Below, piece after piece: positions 7,815 through 18,569 of a DNA stretch of 41,538 nt. A program made the translations under genes and the position numbers. Position 1 is the stretch's first letter, and each line of letters begins with the position of its first letter. The notes beneath the pieces are model-generated. The model did no database searches, was not told the DNA's origin, and saw only the letters and a list, made by a program, of their open reading frames with translations. The DNA is from an uncultured Elusimicrobia bacterium (lineage in GTDB: Bacteria > Elusimicrobiota > Elusimicrobia > Elusimicrobiales > UBA9959), in NCBI GenBank assembly GCA_937870775.1, contig CALMZU010000306.1, positions 1 through 41,538 on the forward strand. The letters are read 5' to 3'.

Positions 7815-8293
7815 TATTTCGCTATCCCCAGGGTGGCCAGCCGGGCCGAGAATTTTTCCTTATGAACGCGTGAATCGGCCGTCAGCCCGCCGGCCAGGGC
7901 CTTGTAGGCCGGGTCGGCGCAGGCCAGCAGCTGGTCGTAGCGGCTCTCTATTATGGACTGCTCGAGATCTCGCGACACGGCCATGGCGTTGGTCTTGTTG
8001 TAAACCATCCCGCGCACCTTGGCGGCGTTGGCCTTAACGCCCTCGATAAAAAGCCTTACCGGCGTCGGGCTGAGAGGCTTGAGCACCGCGAAAGAATCAG
8101 GGGACTTCGCCACCAGTTCCAGCATCTTGCGCACGGCCCCCGCGTGCACCGCCTCCTCGGCGGCTATCTTCGGCCACAGTTCCTCGTCGGGCCAGTACTC
8201 GTGGCATAGGGCGTAGAATTCCCCCACCGCCGCCTCGGCCTCCGCTACCGCGGAAAAATACTCGCGCACCTTGTTAAGTTCGATGTTGTCCAT
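7814..8293 (-). CDS. Ferritin-like/rubrerythrin-like hypothetical protein
   Basis: Helical; E...Y, WPKIAAEEAVH (ExxH) and DSRVH motifs. Confidence 0.55.
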   Translation of the reverse strand: MDNIELNKVREYFSAVAEAEAAVGEFYALCHEYWPDEELWPKIAAEEAVHAGAVRKMLELVAKSPDSFAVLKPLSPTPVRLFIEGVKANAAKVRGMVYNKTNAMAVSRDLEQSIIESRYDQLLACADPAYKALAGGLTADSRVHKEKFSARLATLGIAK

Positions 8294-8294
8294 A

Positions 8295-9038
8295 TTAAAG
8301 GTATCTCGCTGCCAGCGGGACGTCGTCGGTCCAGACGGCGCGCGCGCCCAGCTCGGCCAGGCGCCGCATGTCGCGCGGGTGGTTGGCTATGCCGGCGGAG
8401 ACCTCTATGCCGGCCAGCGCGGCCGCGCCGCACTGTTCGCGGAACTTGAAGGCCGCGGCGCCGGCGTAGAAGACCTGTTTAGCGAAGGGCCAGTCCAGCC
8501 AGCCGCAGCAGACGCGCGAGGCGCCCGCCGACCAGGCCGAGTTCAGCAGGTCGGACGGGAAGAAAGGCATTATGGCCAGGCCTATGTCCGGCGCGGCGGC
8601 GCGCGCGGCCGCCAGGAAGCGGCGGCGGTGCTGGAACTCCAGCAGGAAAGCGCGGTCCTGCACGCCGGCCCGGCGTATCTGCAGCGCGAGGTCGGCGGCG
8701 TCGGACTCCCGGGCCAGCGCCAGGTGGAAATAGAAATCCTTCCCGGGACGGAGTATCATCAGGTTAAGTATGTCGTCCAGGTGGGCTATGGGCTCGCGGC
8801 CGGTCACGCGCAGGCTCTTGAGGTGCGGCCAGGTGGTGGAGGAGATCTTCCAGTCGCGCACGCAGCTGCCGCCGGTGCGCGCGTCGTGGAAGGCCACGAA
8901 CTGGCCGTCGGCGGTGCGGCGGATGTCGCATTCCACGCCGGAGGCGCCGGCGGAGAAGGCGGCCTTGAAGGCCGCCACGGTGTTCTCCGGCTCGCCGGTC
9001 ATGCCGCCGCGGTGGGCGTATATCTTTATTCCCGCCAT
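8295..9038 (-). CDS. Glycerophosphodiester phosphodiesterase family protein
   Basis: AHRGG, PENT, GVECDIRRTADG, FHD and C-terminal WTDD motifs. Confidence 0.9.
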   Translation of the reverse strand: MAGIKIYAHRGGMTGEPENTVAAFKAAFSAGASGVECDIRRTADGQFVAFHDARTGGSCVRDWKISSTTWPHLKSLRVTGREPIAHLDDILNLMILRPGKDFYFHLALARESDAADLALQIRRAGVQDRAFLLEFQHRRRFLAAARAAAPDIGLAIMPFFPSDLLNSAWSAGASRVCCGWLDWPFAKQVFYAGAAAFKFREQCGAAALAGIEVSAGIANHPRDMRRLAELGARAVWTDDVPLAARYL

Positions 9039-9110
9039 GAGATGATTTTAGTAAATATAAAGCGGAAAGAGCGGCCGCCGGGGCCGCTCTCATCGTAGAG
9101 GCGGATGACG

Positions 9111-10214
9111 TTATTCGCCGCGGTAGGCCTCGGCCAGGCGCTCGGGCGAGACCACTTTGTAGCCGTTCTCGGCCAGCCAGGCGGCCAGGCGCTTGGCGGC
9201 GGTGCGGCTCTGCGGGTGTATGTCGTGCATCAGTATGATGCCCTTGCCGCGCTGCTTTATCATCGATACGGTCTTCTCGAAGAGCGCCTCGGGGTCCTTG
9301 GTGGACCAGTCGAGGGTGTCTATGGTCCAGCCCACGGGCACCAGGCCGAGGTCGGAGGACAGGGCCTTCAGAGCGTCGGGGGTGATGATGCCGTAGGGCG
9401 GCCTGAAGAAGACGGGCTTGGCGCCGGTGGCGGACTTTATGGAATCGCTGACGCCGCCGAGCTGATCGAGTATTTTGGCGGTGGAATAGGCGGTGAGGGG
9501 CTTGCCGTTCTCGGTGGCGTGCCAGTAGCCGTGTACGCCGGGGAAGTTGCCGTCGGCGGCCTCGGCTTTAACGCGGGCCTTGCCGGCGGCGTTCAGCTTG
9601 GAGCCGAGCACGAAGAACACGGAAGGGGCGTTGTTGGCCTTCATCGCGGCCGAGACCTCCTCGGTCAGCGGGCCGGGGCCGTCGTCGAAGGTGATGATGA
9701 CCTCGCCCTTCTTCAGGAAGCGGTCGGACTGCACCAGGAAGGGCACGCCTTCCTTGACGAAATTGATGCGGCAGTAGCCGGCGCGTATCTCCACGCCGGG
9801 CGCGGCCGAGCGGCCGGCGGGGCCGCCGAAACCGAACACGTCGTTGAGCTCGCTTGAAACCCTCCACGAGAAGGAAGCGCCGCGGGTGGCGGGCACGGAG
9901 GGGACGGAACCGCCGAGGGCCTTTATGCGGGCGCCCAGTTCTTCCACGCGGCCGCGCAGGTACTGGCCGGCGGCCGAGGCCTGCATGGCCTCGGGGCTGC
10001 CCTGCGGCGCCATGAAGGCGGTGTTGGAATAGGAGTTCAGCGCGGAGAAAAATTCGGCGTACTCGGCGGACAGCGAGGACAGGTCCGGCGCGGCCGGCGA
10101 GACTTCGGGCACCTCCACCGTGGAGAGGGGCCGCTCCAGGCCGAAATTCTGGGCCTTCACCGGCATGGAAAATATCGAGACCGCCGCCGCCAGGACAAGG
10201 GTACGCTTTATCAT
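9111..10214 (-). CDS. Secreted polysaccharide deacetylase (CE4/NodB)
   Basis: Signal peptide; TFDDGP, HGYWH, FRPPYG, DTLDW and LMHD motifs. Confidence 0.92.
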   Translation of the reverse strand: MIKRTLVLAAAVSIFSMPVKAQNFGLERPLSTVEVPEVSPAAPDLSSLSAEYAEFFSALNSYSNTAFMAPQGSPEAMQASAAGQYLRGRVEELGARIKALGGSVPSVPATRGASFSWRVSSELNDVFGFGGPAGRSAAPGVEIRAGYCRINFVKEGVPFLVQSDRFLKKGEVIITFDDGPGPLTEEVSAAMKANNAPSVFFVLGSKLNAAGKARVKAEAADGNFPGVHGYWHATENGKPLTAYSTAKILDQLGGVSDSIKSATGAKPVFFRPPYGIITPDALKALSSDLGLVPVGWTIDTLDWSTKDPEALFEKTVSMIKQRGKGIILMHDIHPQSRTAAKRLAAWLAENGYKVVSPERLAEAYRGE

Positions 10215-10309
10215 ACCTATATTATGGCCCGCGGGCGGCCGCGGCGGGAGCGTCCAAAGGGCAATAGAGAGGATTATTTAGGCCCAGTCAATTTAGGCCT
10301 TAAGGGCAA

Positions 10310-10408
10310 TCAGGCGCCGGCGGTGATGAAGTACCAGATCAGCAGGGCTATGACCAGCGACAGTATCTTTATCTGCCAGTTGCGGAGGAAAAGGTCCGGT
10401 ATGTTCAT
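10310..10408 (-). CDS. 32-aa membrane peptide resembling the N-terminal TM helix of CdaR/YbbR
   Basis: MNIPDLFLRNWQIKILSLVIALLIWYFITAGA; ATG 1 nt after the cdaA stop; GC-rich third codon positions; absent from the ORF track because of its size. Confidence 0.75.
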   Translation of the reverse strand: MNIPDLFLRNWQIKILSLVIALLIWYFITAGA

Positions 10409-10409
10409 A

Positions 10410-11228
10410 TTAGGCCTGCGGGGGCTGCTGGGCCGGCGGCGGCGCCGGGGGCTCCTGGCGGGCGGAGCGCCTGAGCAGCGTGCGCTCGGCCTTGGAGCGG
10501 TACAGCTGGTACAGCATCGCTTCGAGGTCCTTCGGGTCCACGGCCTGCTGCAGCTTGCCGTTGCGGGCCACGGACAGCGTGCCGGTCTCCTCGGAGACTA
10601 TCACTATTATGGCGTCCGCCACCTCGCTCAGGCCGAGGGCCGCGCGGTGGCGCATGCCGAAGATCTTGGAAAGTTCCTGCTGCTCGGTGAGCGGCAGTAT
10701 GCAGCCGGCCGCCACCAGGCGGTTGTTGGCTATCACGGAGGCGCCGTCGTGCAGCAGCGTGTTCTCGTGGAACACCGTGAGCAGCAGCTCCTTCGACACC
10801 TCGCCGTTCACGCGCACGCCGGTCTCGACGATGTCGCGCAGCGCCATGTCCTGCTCCAGCACTATCAGCATGCCGGTCTTCTCGGCCATCGCGGCGCGCA
10901 CGGCCTCCATCATCTCGCCGATGAAGCGGTACTCCTGCGAGACCATGATGCGGCCGAGCGGGTTCGATCCTATGTTAGCGAGGGCGAAGCGTATCTCGGG
11001 CTGGAAAACTACGATCAGCAGGAAGATTCCGGCGAGCCAGAACTGCTGCATCAGCCAGACGGTGGCGCCGAGGTCCAGGAACTTGGCCACGGCGGTCACC
11101 ACGGCGAGTATGAACACGCCCCAGATGACCTGCATCGCCCGCGTGCCTTTCAGCAGCAGTATCAGGCGGTAGACTATGTAGTATACCGCCAGTATGTCCG
11201 CGAGCGTTTTAACGTAGTGCAGGTACAA
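10410..11228 (-). CDS. cdaA: Diadenylate cyclase CdaA (membrane-bound DAC)
   Basis: Three N-terminal TM helices; FQPEIR, LHDGA, GMRHRAALG and VSEETG motifs. Confidence 0.93.
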   Translation of the reverse strand: MYLHYVKTLADILAVYYIVYRLILLLKGTRAMQVIWGVFILAVVTAVAKFLDLGATVWLMQQFWLAGIFLLIVVFQPEIRFALANIGSNPLGRIMVSQEYRFIGEMMEAVRAAMAEKTGMLIVLEQDMALRDIVETGVRVNGEVSKELLLTVFHENTLLHDGASVIANNRLVAAGCILPLTEQQELSKIFGMRHRAALGLSEVADAIIVIVSEETGTLSVARNGKLQQAVDPKDLEAMLYQLYRSKAERTLLRRSARQEPPAPPPAQQPPQA

Positions 11229-11244
11229 TATTCCCCCCGTCGGC

Positions 11245-13058
<1,814 letters not shown>

Positions 13059-13068
<10 letters not shown>

Positions 13069-13610
13069 GATTTATTTCCTTCGATGACTTCCTGCTTGAG
13101 GACCCCGATGTAGGGCAGGTTGCGGTACAGGCCGTTGAAGTCCAGGCCGTAGCCCACCACGAACTTGTCGGGGATCGAGAATCCGGAATATTTTATCGCC
13201 ACCTGGGAGCGGCGGCGGCTCGGCTTGTCGAGCAGCGTGCACACCTCGAGCGAGCGAGGCCGGCGCGTCTTCAGGTTCTGCAGCAGGTACTCCATCGTCA
13301 GTCCCGAGTCCACTATGTCCTCGACGATGATGACGTCGGAGCCCTCTATGCTCTCCTTGAGGTCCAGCAGCATCCTGACGACGCCGGTGGAACGCTCCCC
13401 CGAGTAGGAGGAGACCATCGTGAAATCCATGCGGACGTCGGTCTTTATCTCCCTGGCCAGGTCGGTCAGGAAGAACACGCTGCCCTTCAGCACGCCTACC
13501 AGCGTGATGCAGCGGCCGGCGTAGTCGGCGGAGATCCTTTCCCCCAGCCGCCTCACCCCGTCGCGCAGTTCAGCCTCGGAGAGCAATATCTCCCGCAGGT
13601 CGTTATGCAT
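13059..13610 (-). CDS. hpt: Hypoxanthine phosphoribosyltransferase
   Basis: VLKGS, IIVEDIVDSGLT, FVVGYGLD, YRNLPYIG; conserved hpt-ftsH synteny. Confidence 0.97.
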
Positions 13611-13646
13611 ATATATATTTTAGATATTTTAGGGCGGATTAGCCAT

Positions 13647-13680
13647 AAAAAAGCCGGGGCCCTCGCGGGTCCCGGCTTTT
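13647..13680 (-). terminator. Intrinsic terminator after the PLD gene
   Basis: AAAAGCCGGG-G-CCC TCGC GGG-T-CCCGGCTTTT hairpin with A/T tracts on both sides. Confidence 0.8.
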
Positions 13681-13694
13681 CGGGTCGGTCCGGC

Positions 13695-15377
13695 TCAGTT
13701 GCCGGAGGCCAGGCCGGCGGCGCCGGGGACCTCTGCGCCGAGGTGGGCGTAGAACCAGCTGGACATGATCTGCGAGACCAGGCCGGGCTTGGCCTGCAGG
13801 TCCTGCACCGAGGCGGGCCTGGCGGCGGCTATGTCGCGGGAGAAGGCGGCGTCCAGTTCGGCCACGGTGTCGCGGCCCATCAGGTTGACGTTCATCTCGC
13901 TGTCGGAGCGCTCGCCGCGGGGGTGCAGGTTGTAGGAACCGAGGCTGGCGAACTCGCCGTCGACGGTCATGAACTTGGAGTGCAGCGTCTGCTCCGCGCC
14001 CTGCTTGAGGTATATCCTGGCGCCGGACTGCACCAGCGGGATCAGGCACTTGTTCATCGCGTCCACTATCGGCTTGCCCTCGGCGTCTATGCTCTCCTTG
14101 GAATTGGTCAGTATGGTCACCTCGACGCCGCGGGCGCGGGCGTCCAGCACGGCCTGGGTGACCACCGGTATCGCCACGAAGTAGGCGTTCTCTATGTTGA
14201 TGTTCCTGGTCGCGCCGTACATGGCCTTCACGATGCTTATGAGTATCGGGGAATCTACCGGGGGGTTCTCGAGGACGACGGCCACGCGGGCGGCGCCGGA
14301 CTCGTACTCGCCGCGGGAGCCGGTGTCGACCAGGCCGAAGCCGAGGCCCTTGGCCTTCACCTGGGCGTTCCACTCGGCGCCGAGCAGGGCCTTGGTGGCC
14401 GCCACGGCGGGGCCGGAGTACAGCACGTCGGTGTCGCGCCACTTTATGCTGCCGTTGCCCTTATGCGAGTAGACGTCGCCGAAATTCATGCCGCCGGTGA
14501 TCGCGTACTGGTCGTCGATGACCATGCTCTTCACGTGCCAGATGTCGGAGTACCTGTCGGCGTCGGTGTGCATCACGATCTCGATGCCGGCCTTCTTCAT
14601 CATCTTCACGACCTTTATGCCGTGGCTGTTGGAGACCATGCTGTCTATCATCACCTTCACGTCGAGGCCCTGCTGCTTCTTGGCTATCAGCATCTGCGCG
14701 GCCTCGTAGCCGGTGGTGTCGTCGTAGAAGGCCCAGCTGGAGACGAATATGCTCTTCTTCGCGTTCTTTATCAGCGAGTCCTTGGCGGCGAAGGAGTTCT
14801 CGCCGTCTATCAGGAAATGGGCGTAGTTGCCTTCGGAGAAGCGGGCGCCGGTGGCGCGCTCGAACTCGGAAACGAAGCCGGGGTCGGTGAACAGAGAGGG
14901 CTGGCCGGCCTGGCGGGCGGGATAAGCGCGGGAGACCGAGGCGTTCCTGACGCGGTCGGAGATCTCCTCGAAAGAGGGGGCGCCGGAGCCGGGGATCAGG
15001 TCGCCGACCTGCTGCGCCACGGCGTGCCAGATGGTGACCGCGGTGCCGGTATAGGAGGTGGACTCGCCGGCGGCGAAGTTCTGCGGGACATCGGCCTTGG
15101 GCTCGCTCAGCGCGGGCACCTGGTAGCGGGCCGCGGCGCGGGCGGGAGCGGAAACGGCGGGGACGGCGGAATTGGAAGCGGAGGCGGAGCCGCCGGCCTG
15201 TACGGGGTAGTCCTCGTACACGCTGACGCCCAGGGCCTCGGCGGTCCTGGCGATCTTGGCGTTGAATTTCTCGATCTTTGCGTCCGAGGTGTTGCCGTAC
15301 ACCGCCTGTGCGGCGGCGAAACCAGGGAGCATGACGCAGGAAACAAGCAGCGAGAGCGCGAGTTTTTTGTTGGTCAT
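13695..15377 (-). CDS. Secreted phospholipase D / cardiolipin synthase-like protein
   Basis: Signal peptide; two HKD motifs (HVKSMVID, HSKFMTVD) with GGMN / GSYN; WRDTD. Confidence 0.9.
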   Translation of the reverse strand: MTNKKLALSLLVSCVMLPGFAAAQAVYGNTSDAKIEKFNAKIARTAEALGVSVYEDYPVQAGGSASASNSAVPAVSAPARAAARYQVPALSEPKADVPQNFAAGESTSYTGTAVTIWHAVAQQVGDLIPGSGAPSFEEISDRVRNASVSRAYPARQAGQPSLFTDPGFVSEFERATGARFSEGNYAHFLIDGENSFAAKDSLIKNAKKSIFVSSWAFYDDTTGYEAAQMLIAKKQQGLDVKVMIDSMVSNSHGIKVVKMMKKAGIEIVMHTDADRYSDIWHVKSMVIDDQYAITGGMNFGDVYSHKGNGSIKWRDTDVLYSGPAVAATKALLGAEWNAQVKAKGLGFGLVDTGSRGEYESGAARVAVVLENPPVDSPILISIVKAMYGATRNINIENAYFVAIPVVTQAVLDARARGVEVTILTNSKESIDAEGKPIVDAMNKCLIPLVQSGARIYLKQGAEQTLHSKFMTVDGEFASLGSYNLHPRGERSDSEMNVNLMGRDTVAELDAAFSRDIAAARPASVQDLQAKPGLVSQIMSSWFYAHLGAEVPGAAGLASGN

Positions 15378-15492
15378 GCCAATAGTATAGCCGCCGCCCG
15401 TTTCTTTTCAAAGGGCCGTAGAGGCCTAAAAAACCGAAAAAAGGACCCACCCCCATCTGGGCCCTCCGGCCCCGAACGCGCGCGCGTTAAAG

Positions 15493-15551
15493 GGGACGCT
15501 GCACGATAACTCGATTATTTATCAGGGACGTTGCGCAATAACTCAATAATT
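15493..15551. repeat. Imperfect 27-bp direct repeat, 2 copies, 32-bp period
   Basis: GGGACGCTGCACGATAACTCGATTATT vs GGGACGTTGCGCAATAACTCAATAATT (22/27 identical). Confidence 0.65.
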
Positions 15552-15571
15552 CGCAAAAAACGATGGGGTTT

Positions 15572-15601
15572 AAATAAAAAAGGCCGCGCAAAGGCGGCCT
15601 T
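15572..15601 (-). terminator. Intrinsic terminator at the end of the long minus-strand gene run
   Basis: AAGGCCGC/GCGGCCTT stem followed on the minus strand by a T-rich tract. Confidence 0.75.
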
Positions 15602-15624
15602 ATCTATATTTATAAGTATACGAG

Positions 15625-15930
15625 TTAATCCAAGTCCAGCGGATTTATAGGCTTGGAGGTGTCGCCGGAGTCTTCTATGCGCTTCTTCTCCTCGGCGAAC
15701 TTGCGCTCCAGCTCCTTCTTCTTCTCCTCCATGGACTTGCCGGCATTGTTGAAATAATCGTCGAGGCGGCTCTTGTCGGCCTGCATCTTCTTCATGGCCT
15801 CCGCCATGAGGTCCCCCCCTTCCTTGACCTTGGGTTTCTCCCAGTGCTTTATCACCTTGCCGGTCTTGGCGTCCACCTCTATCCTCGCCTTGCAGCAAGG
15901 GCAGTCTATCAGAAAAGTCCCTTCGGCCAT
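15625..15930 (-). CDS. Small conserved-type protein with N-terminal CPCC and coiled coil
   Basis: MAEGTFLIDCPCCKARIEVD...KPINPLDLD, 101 aa; GGAGG upstream. It is the 3' part of the 15625..16761 ORF. Confidence 0.75.
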   Translation of the reverse strand: MAEGTFLIDCPCCKARIEVDAKTGKVIKHWEKPKVKEGGDLMAEAMKKMQADKSRLDDYFNNAGKSMEEKKKELERKFAEEKKRIEDSGDTSKPINPLDLD

Positions 15931-15947
15931 AACCCCTACCTCCGTTT

Positions 15948-16646
15948 TTATTTCACGCCCCAGATGGGATGCTGCTGGGGCAGCACCTTCACGTGGGGCA
16001 GCAGCGCGGCAGCCAGACAGCTGGCCTCGGCCACGAAAGAGGCCGACGGCGGGCGCACGCCGCGCCGGGCGGTGGCCGGCTGTATGAAGAACGGCACGCC
16101 GTCCCAGACCGAGGCCGCCAGCCTTACGGCCCTGGCGAACTCGGGCAGCCCGGTCCTGTTGGTAACCACCGTCTTGATGAAAGTCTTTTCCGGAACCACC
16201 GAGAAAAAACGCTTGTGGTCCGCCCAGCGCGCGCGCTGGCCGGTGGCGGACGGCAATTTTATGTCCATGGCCACCACGTCCACCAGCGGCGCCACGGCCT
16301 TGAGTTCGCGATGCAGCACGCCGTTGGTCTCCAGGTGCAGGCGCAGGCCGGCTTTTTTCAGCAGCGGGGCCAGCGCCTTGATGAAGCGGTGGCGCAGCAG
16401 CGGCTCGCCTCCGGTCAGCGACACGTCGGACGCTTTCTTCGACCGGGCCAGCTTCACGACGGCGGCCGCGGCCTCCTGCGGTGTCATAGCGCGGGCGGCG
16501 GCGTCGTCGAGCGAGGCCGGCTCGTCGCAGTAGCCGCAGCGCAGGTTGCAGCCGGCGAAGCGCAGGAACACCTGACGCTGGCCCATGTAAAGTCCCTCGC
16601 CCTGCAGCGAGCAGAATATTTCGGCGACGGGAGCGGAGATCTTCAT
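15948..16646 (-). CDS. queE: 7-carboxy-7-deazaguanine synthase (radical SAM)
   Basis: EIFCSLQGEG, RFAGCNLRCGYCD, LTGGEP, ETNG, PQQH; ATGA overlap with queC. Confidence 0.93.
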   Translation of the reverse strand: MKISAPVAEIFCSLQGEGLYMGQRQVFLRFAGCNLRCGYCDEPASLDDAAARAMTPQEAAAAVVKLARSKKASDVSLTGGEPLLRHRFIKALAPLLKKAGLRLHLETNGVLHRELKAVAPLVDVVAMDIKLPSATGQRARWADHKRFFSVVPEKTFIKTVVTNRTGLPEFARAVRLAASVWDGVPFFIQPATARRGVRPPSASFVAEASCLAAALLPHVKVLPQQHPIWGVK

Positions 16647-17320
16647 TTGAGCGCGGGGTCCGCGAAGCCGGCCTCGGCGAAGCCCTTCGCACGCAGCTTG
16701 CAGGAATCGCAATGACCGCAGGGCCTCTTGCCGCCGAGATAGCAGCTCCAGGTAAGTTCAAGCGGGGCCTTCAGCTTCCTGCCGAGCTTCGCTATGCCGG
16801 CCTTGCTCAGCCTTATCAGCGGGGTCAGTATCTTTATCGGGCGGCCGTTGGCGCCGCGGCGGGTGCCGTAGGCCGCGGCCTTGCCCAGCGCGCGGTAGAA
16901 CTCCGGGCGGCAGTCCGGGTAGCCGGAATAGTCCACCACGTTGGGGCCCAGCACTATGGCGTCGGCGCCTATCGCGTCCGCCAGCGAGAAACCCACCGAG
17001 GCGAACACCAGGTTGCGGCCGGGCACGTAGGTGGAAGGGATGTCCCCCTTACGGCCTATCTTAGCCAGTTTCACGTCGGGCAGCTTCAGCTTCTTGTTCA
17101 CCAGCGAGCAGGTGTCGAACCACGGGAAATCCAGTTTTATCTCGTGCAGTTTCACGCCGAGCCTGCGGGCTATCGCGCGCGCGCTCCTGTTCTCCCGGTC
17201 ATGCCGCTGCCCGTAGTCGAAGGAGACCGCGACGCAGTCGTAGCCTCTAGACAGCGCCCAGCTCAGCGCCGTGGTCGAATCCAGCCCGCCCGAAAAAAGT
17301 ACTACCGCTTTCTTCTTCAT
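16643..17320 (-). CDS. queC: 7-cyano-7-deazaguanine synthase
   Basis: SGGLDS, YGQRH, YVPGRN, YPDCR and SCY..CGHCDSC motifs. Confidence 0.97.
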   Translation of the reverse strand: MKKKAVVLFSGGLDSTTALSWALSRGYDCVAVSFDYGQRHDRENRSARAIARRLGVKLHEIKLDFPWFDTCSLVNKKLKLPDVKLAKIGRKGDIPSTYVPGRNLVFASVGFSLADAIGADAIVLGPNVVDYSGYPDCRPEFYRALGKAAAYGTRRGANGRPIKILTPLIRLSKAGIAKLGRKLKAPLELTWSCYLGGKRPCGHCDSCKLRAKGFAEAGFADPALK

Positions 17321-18021
17321 ACCGCGTTCTCCACGTGGCCCACCCCCGCCTTGAACTTCACGCGGGGCACGGCCTTCATCCAGCCTTTCTTAAGCACCAG
17401 CTCCATGTCGCGCTTGCCGGTCTCCGGCCTGAAGGCCATGAAGTCCAGCACGCGGCCGCTATGGTGTATCTCCTCGAGCGCCGCGGGGAAGGAATCCTTC
17501 CCGTCCAGCTCGTCGACGAGGGCGCGCGCGCAGATCATATCCTCGACGTGCGCGGCGTTGTAGAAAAGGCAGGCCGGCACTATCAGCGTCGGCATCGGGT
17601 TGGCGCGGCAGTAGGCCGCCACCGCCGGGAAATTGGCGAAGCAGGCTATAAGCACTTCCTTCGCGAGCAGCAGCGAGGAGGCGGCCGGCGAGCCGGAGTT
17701 GGTGACCGACAGCGCGGTCTTCGCCGGGTCTGAGCCGTAAAGGGCCGTGTAAGGGGAATTGTCGTACTGCGGCACGCCAAGGTCTATCTCGGAGAAGAGG
17801 TCGGCGTCCTTCTCCAGGCGGCGCGCCGAAAGCGCGCGGTCCGGCGTGGGGAAAAGGCGTATGTCCTTACGGCCGCTCTCGACGAGGGCGCATACGGTGT
17901 TGGAGAACCGGAACAGGTCTATCACTATGCCGCGGCCGCGCCAGGTGTTGGACTCGGCGCGGTCCAGCGCAATGCGGACCTCAGTCCCGGACGATATCGG
18001 CTGTTGAGACGTTGACGACAT
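17317..18021 (-). CDS. 2-phosphosulfolactate phosphatase (ComB)-like protein; start uncertain
   Basis: IVIDLFRFSNT, DNSP, TNSG and EDMICA resemble the ComB motifs VIDVLRAT, GNSP, TTNG and ED..CA. Confidence 0.7.
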   Translation of the reverse strand: MSSTSQQPISSGTEVRIALDRAESNTWRGRGIVIDLFRFSNTVCALVESGRKDIRLFPTPDRALSARRLEKDADLFSEIDLGVPQYDNSPYTALYGSDPAKTALSVTNSGSPAASSLLLAKEVLIACFANFPAVAAYCRANPMPTLIVPACLFYNAAHVEDMICARALVDELDGKDSFPAALEEIHHSGRVLDFMAFRPETGKRDMELVLKKGWMKAVPRVKFKAGVGHVENAV

Positions 18022-18379
18022 ATTTTATGGCCAGCGCGCTCAGGTACATCTCGGGCTCCGTGTACTGCCCCATCGCCGGGCCGGAGTCGGCCTGGTCCAC
18101 GGATATGATCACGGCGTCGGCGCCCATCGCGGCGGCCTGCCGGCGGGCCTGCGCCTTCATCCGCTCCATCTCGCGCTGGCCGCTTGCGGAGCTGACGCGC
18201 GGGCCGTGTATGATGCCTATGCCGCCCCAGGGCTTGCGGGTCTCCTCGCGGGACGTGAAGACCTCGACCTCGCGCCAGTCGCGCGGGCTGAACCAGGGGC
18301 CCACCTGTATCTCGTCCAGTTTGGCCGTCGCGCAGGCGCAAAGCGCGGCGAGCGCGGCCGGCAGCAGGAGTTTCCTCAA
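17981..18379 (-). CDS. Hypothetical lipoprotein
   Basis: TTG start overlapping the hicA stop; lipobox LCAC; AAAMGADAVII motif. Confidence 0.7.
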   Translation of the reverse strand: MRKLLLPAALAALCACATAKLDEIQVGPWFSPRDWREVEVFTSREETRKPWGGIGIIHGPRVSSASGQREMERMKAQARRQAAAMGADAVIISVDQADSGPAMGQYTEPEMYLSALAIKYVVNVSTADIVRD

Positions 18380-18561
18380 GGCTGGTCTACTCCGAGGTCG
18401 CGGCAGATCTTGCGGACGGTGAAGTCGGCTATCTCGTTATGCCTGGTGACCGGGACTTCCTTGTTGGAAGCGGGGTTCAGGAAGACCGAGTACTTGCCGC
18501 CCTCGCGGGAAAGCACGCAGCCTTTGTCTATCAGGTGTCTAACCAGGTCCTTGCGTTTCAT
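18376..18561 (-). CDS. hicA: HicA-family toxin-like protein (catalytic His apparently replaced by Tyr)
   Basis: MKRKDLVRHL...REGGKYSVF.NP...VPVTRHNEI...RKICRDLG pattern; GAGG RBS. Confidence 0.8.
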   Translation of the reverse strand: MKRKDLVRHLIDKGCVLSREGGKYSVFLNPASNKEVPVTRHNEIADFTVRKICRDLGVDQP

Positions 18562-18569
18562 ATCAACCT

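Noticed and set aside
10250-10308. CAAAGGGC / TAGGCC motifs shared with the PLD upstream region (15409-15470) as a regulator site
   Set aside because: Short GC-rich matches at inconsistent spacing; not distinguishable from chance with two examples.
15493-15551. CRISPR mini-array
   Set aside because: Only two degenerate copies 5 nt apart, with no spacer-length gap and no cas genes.
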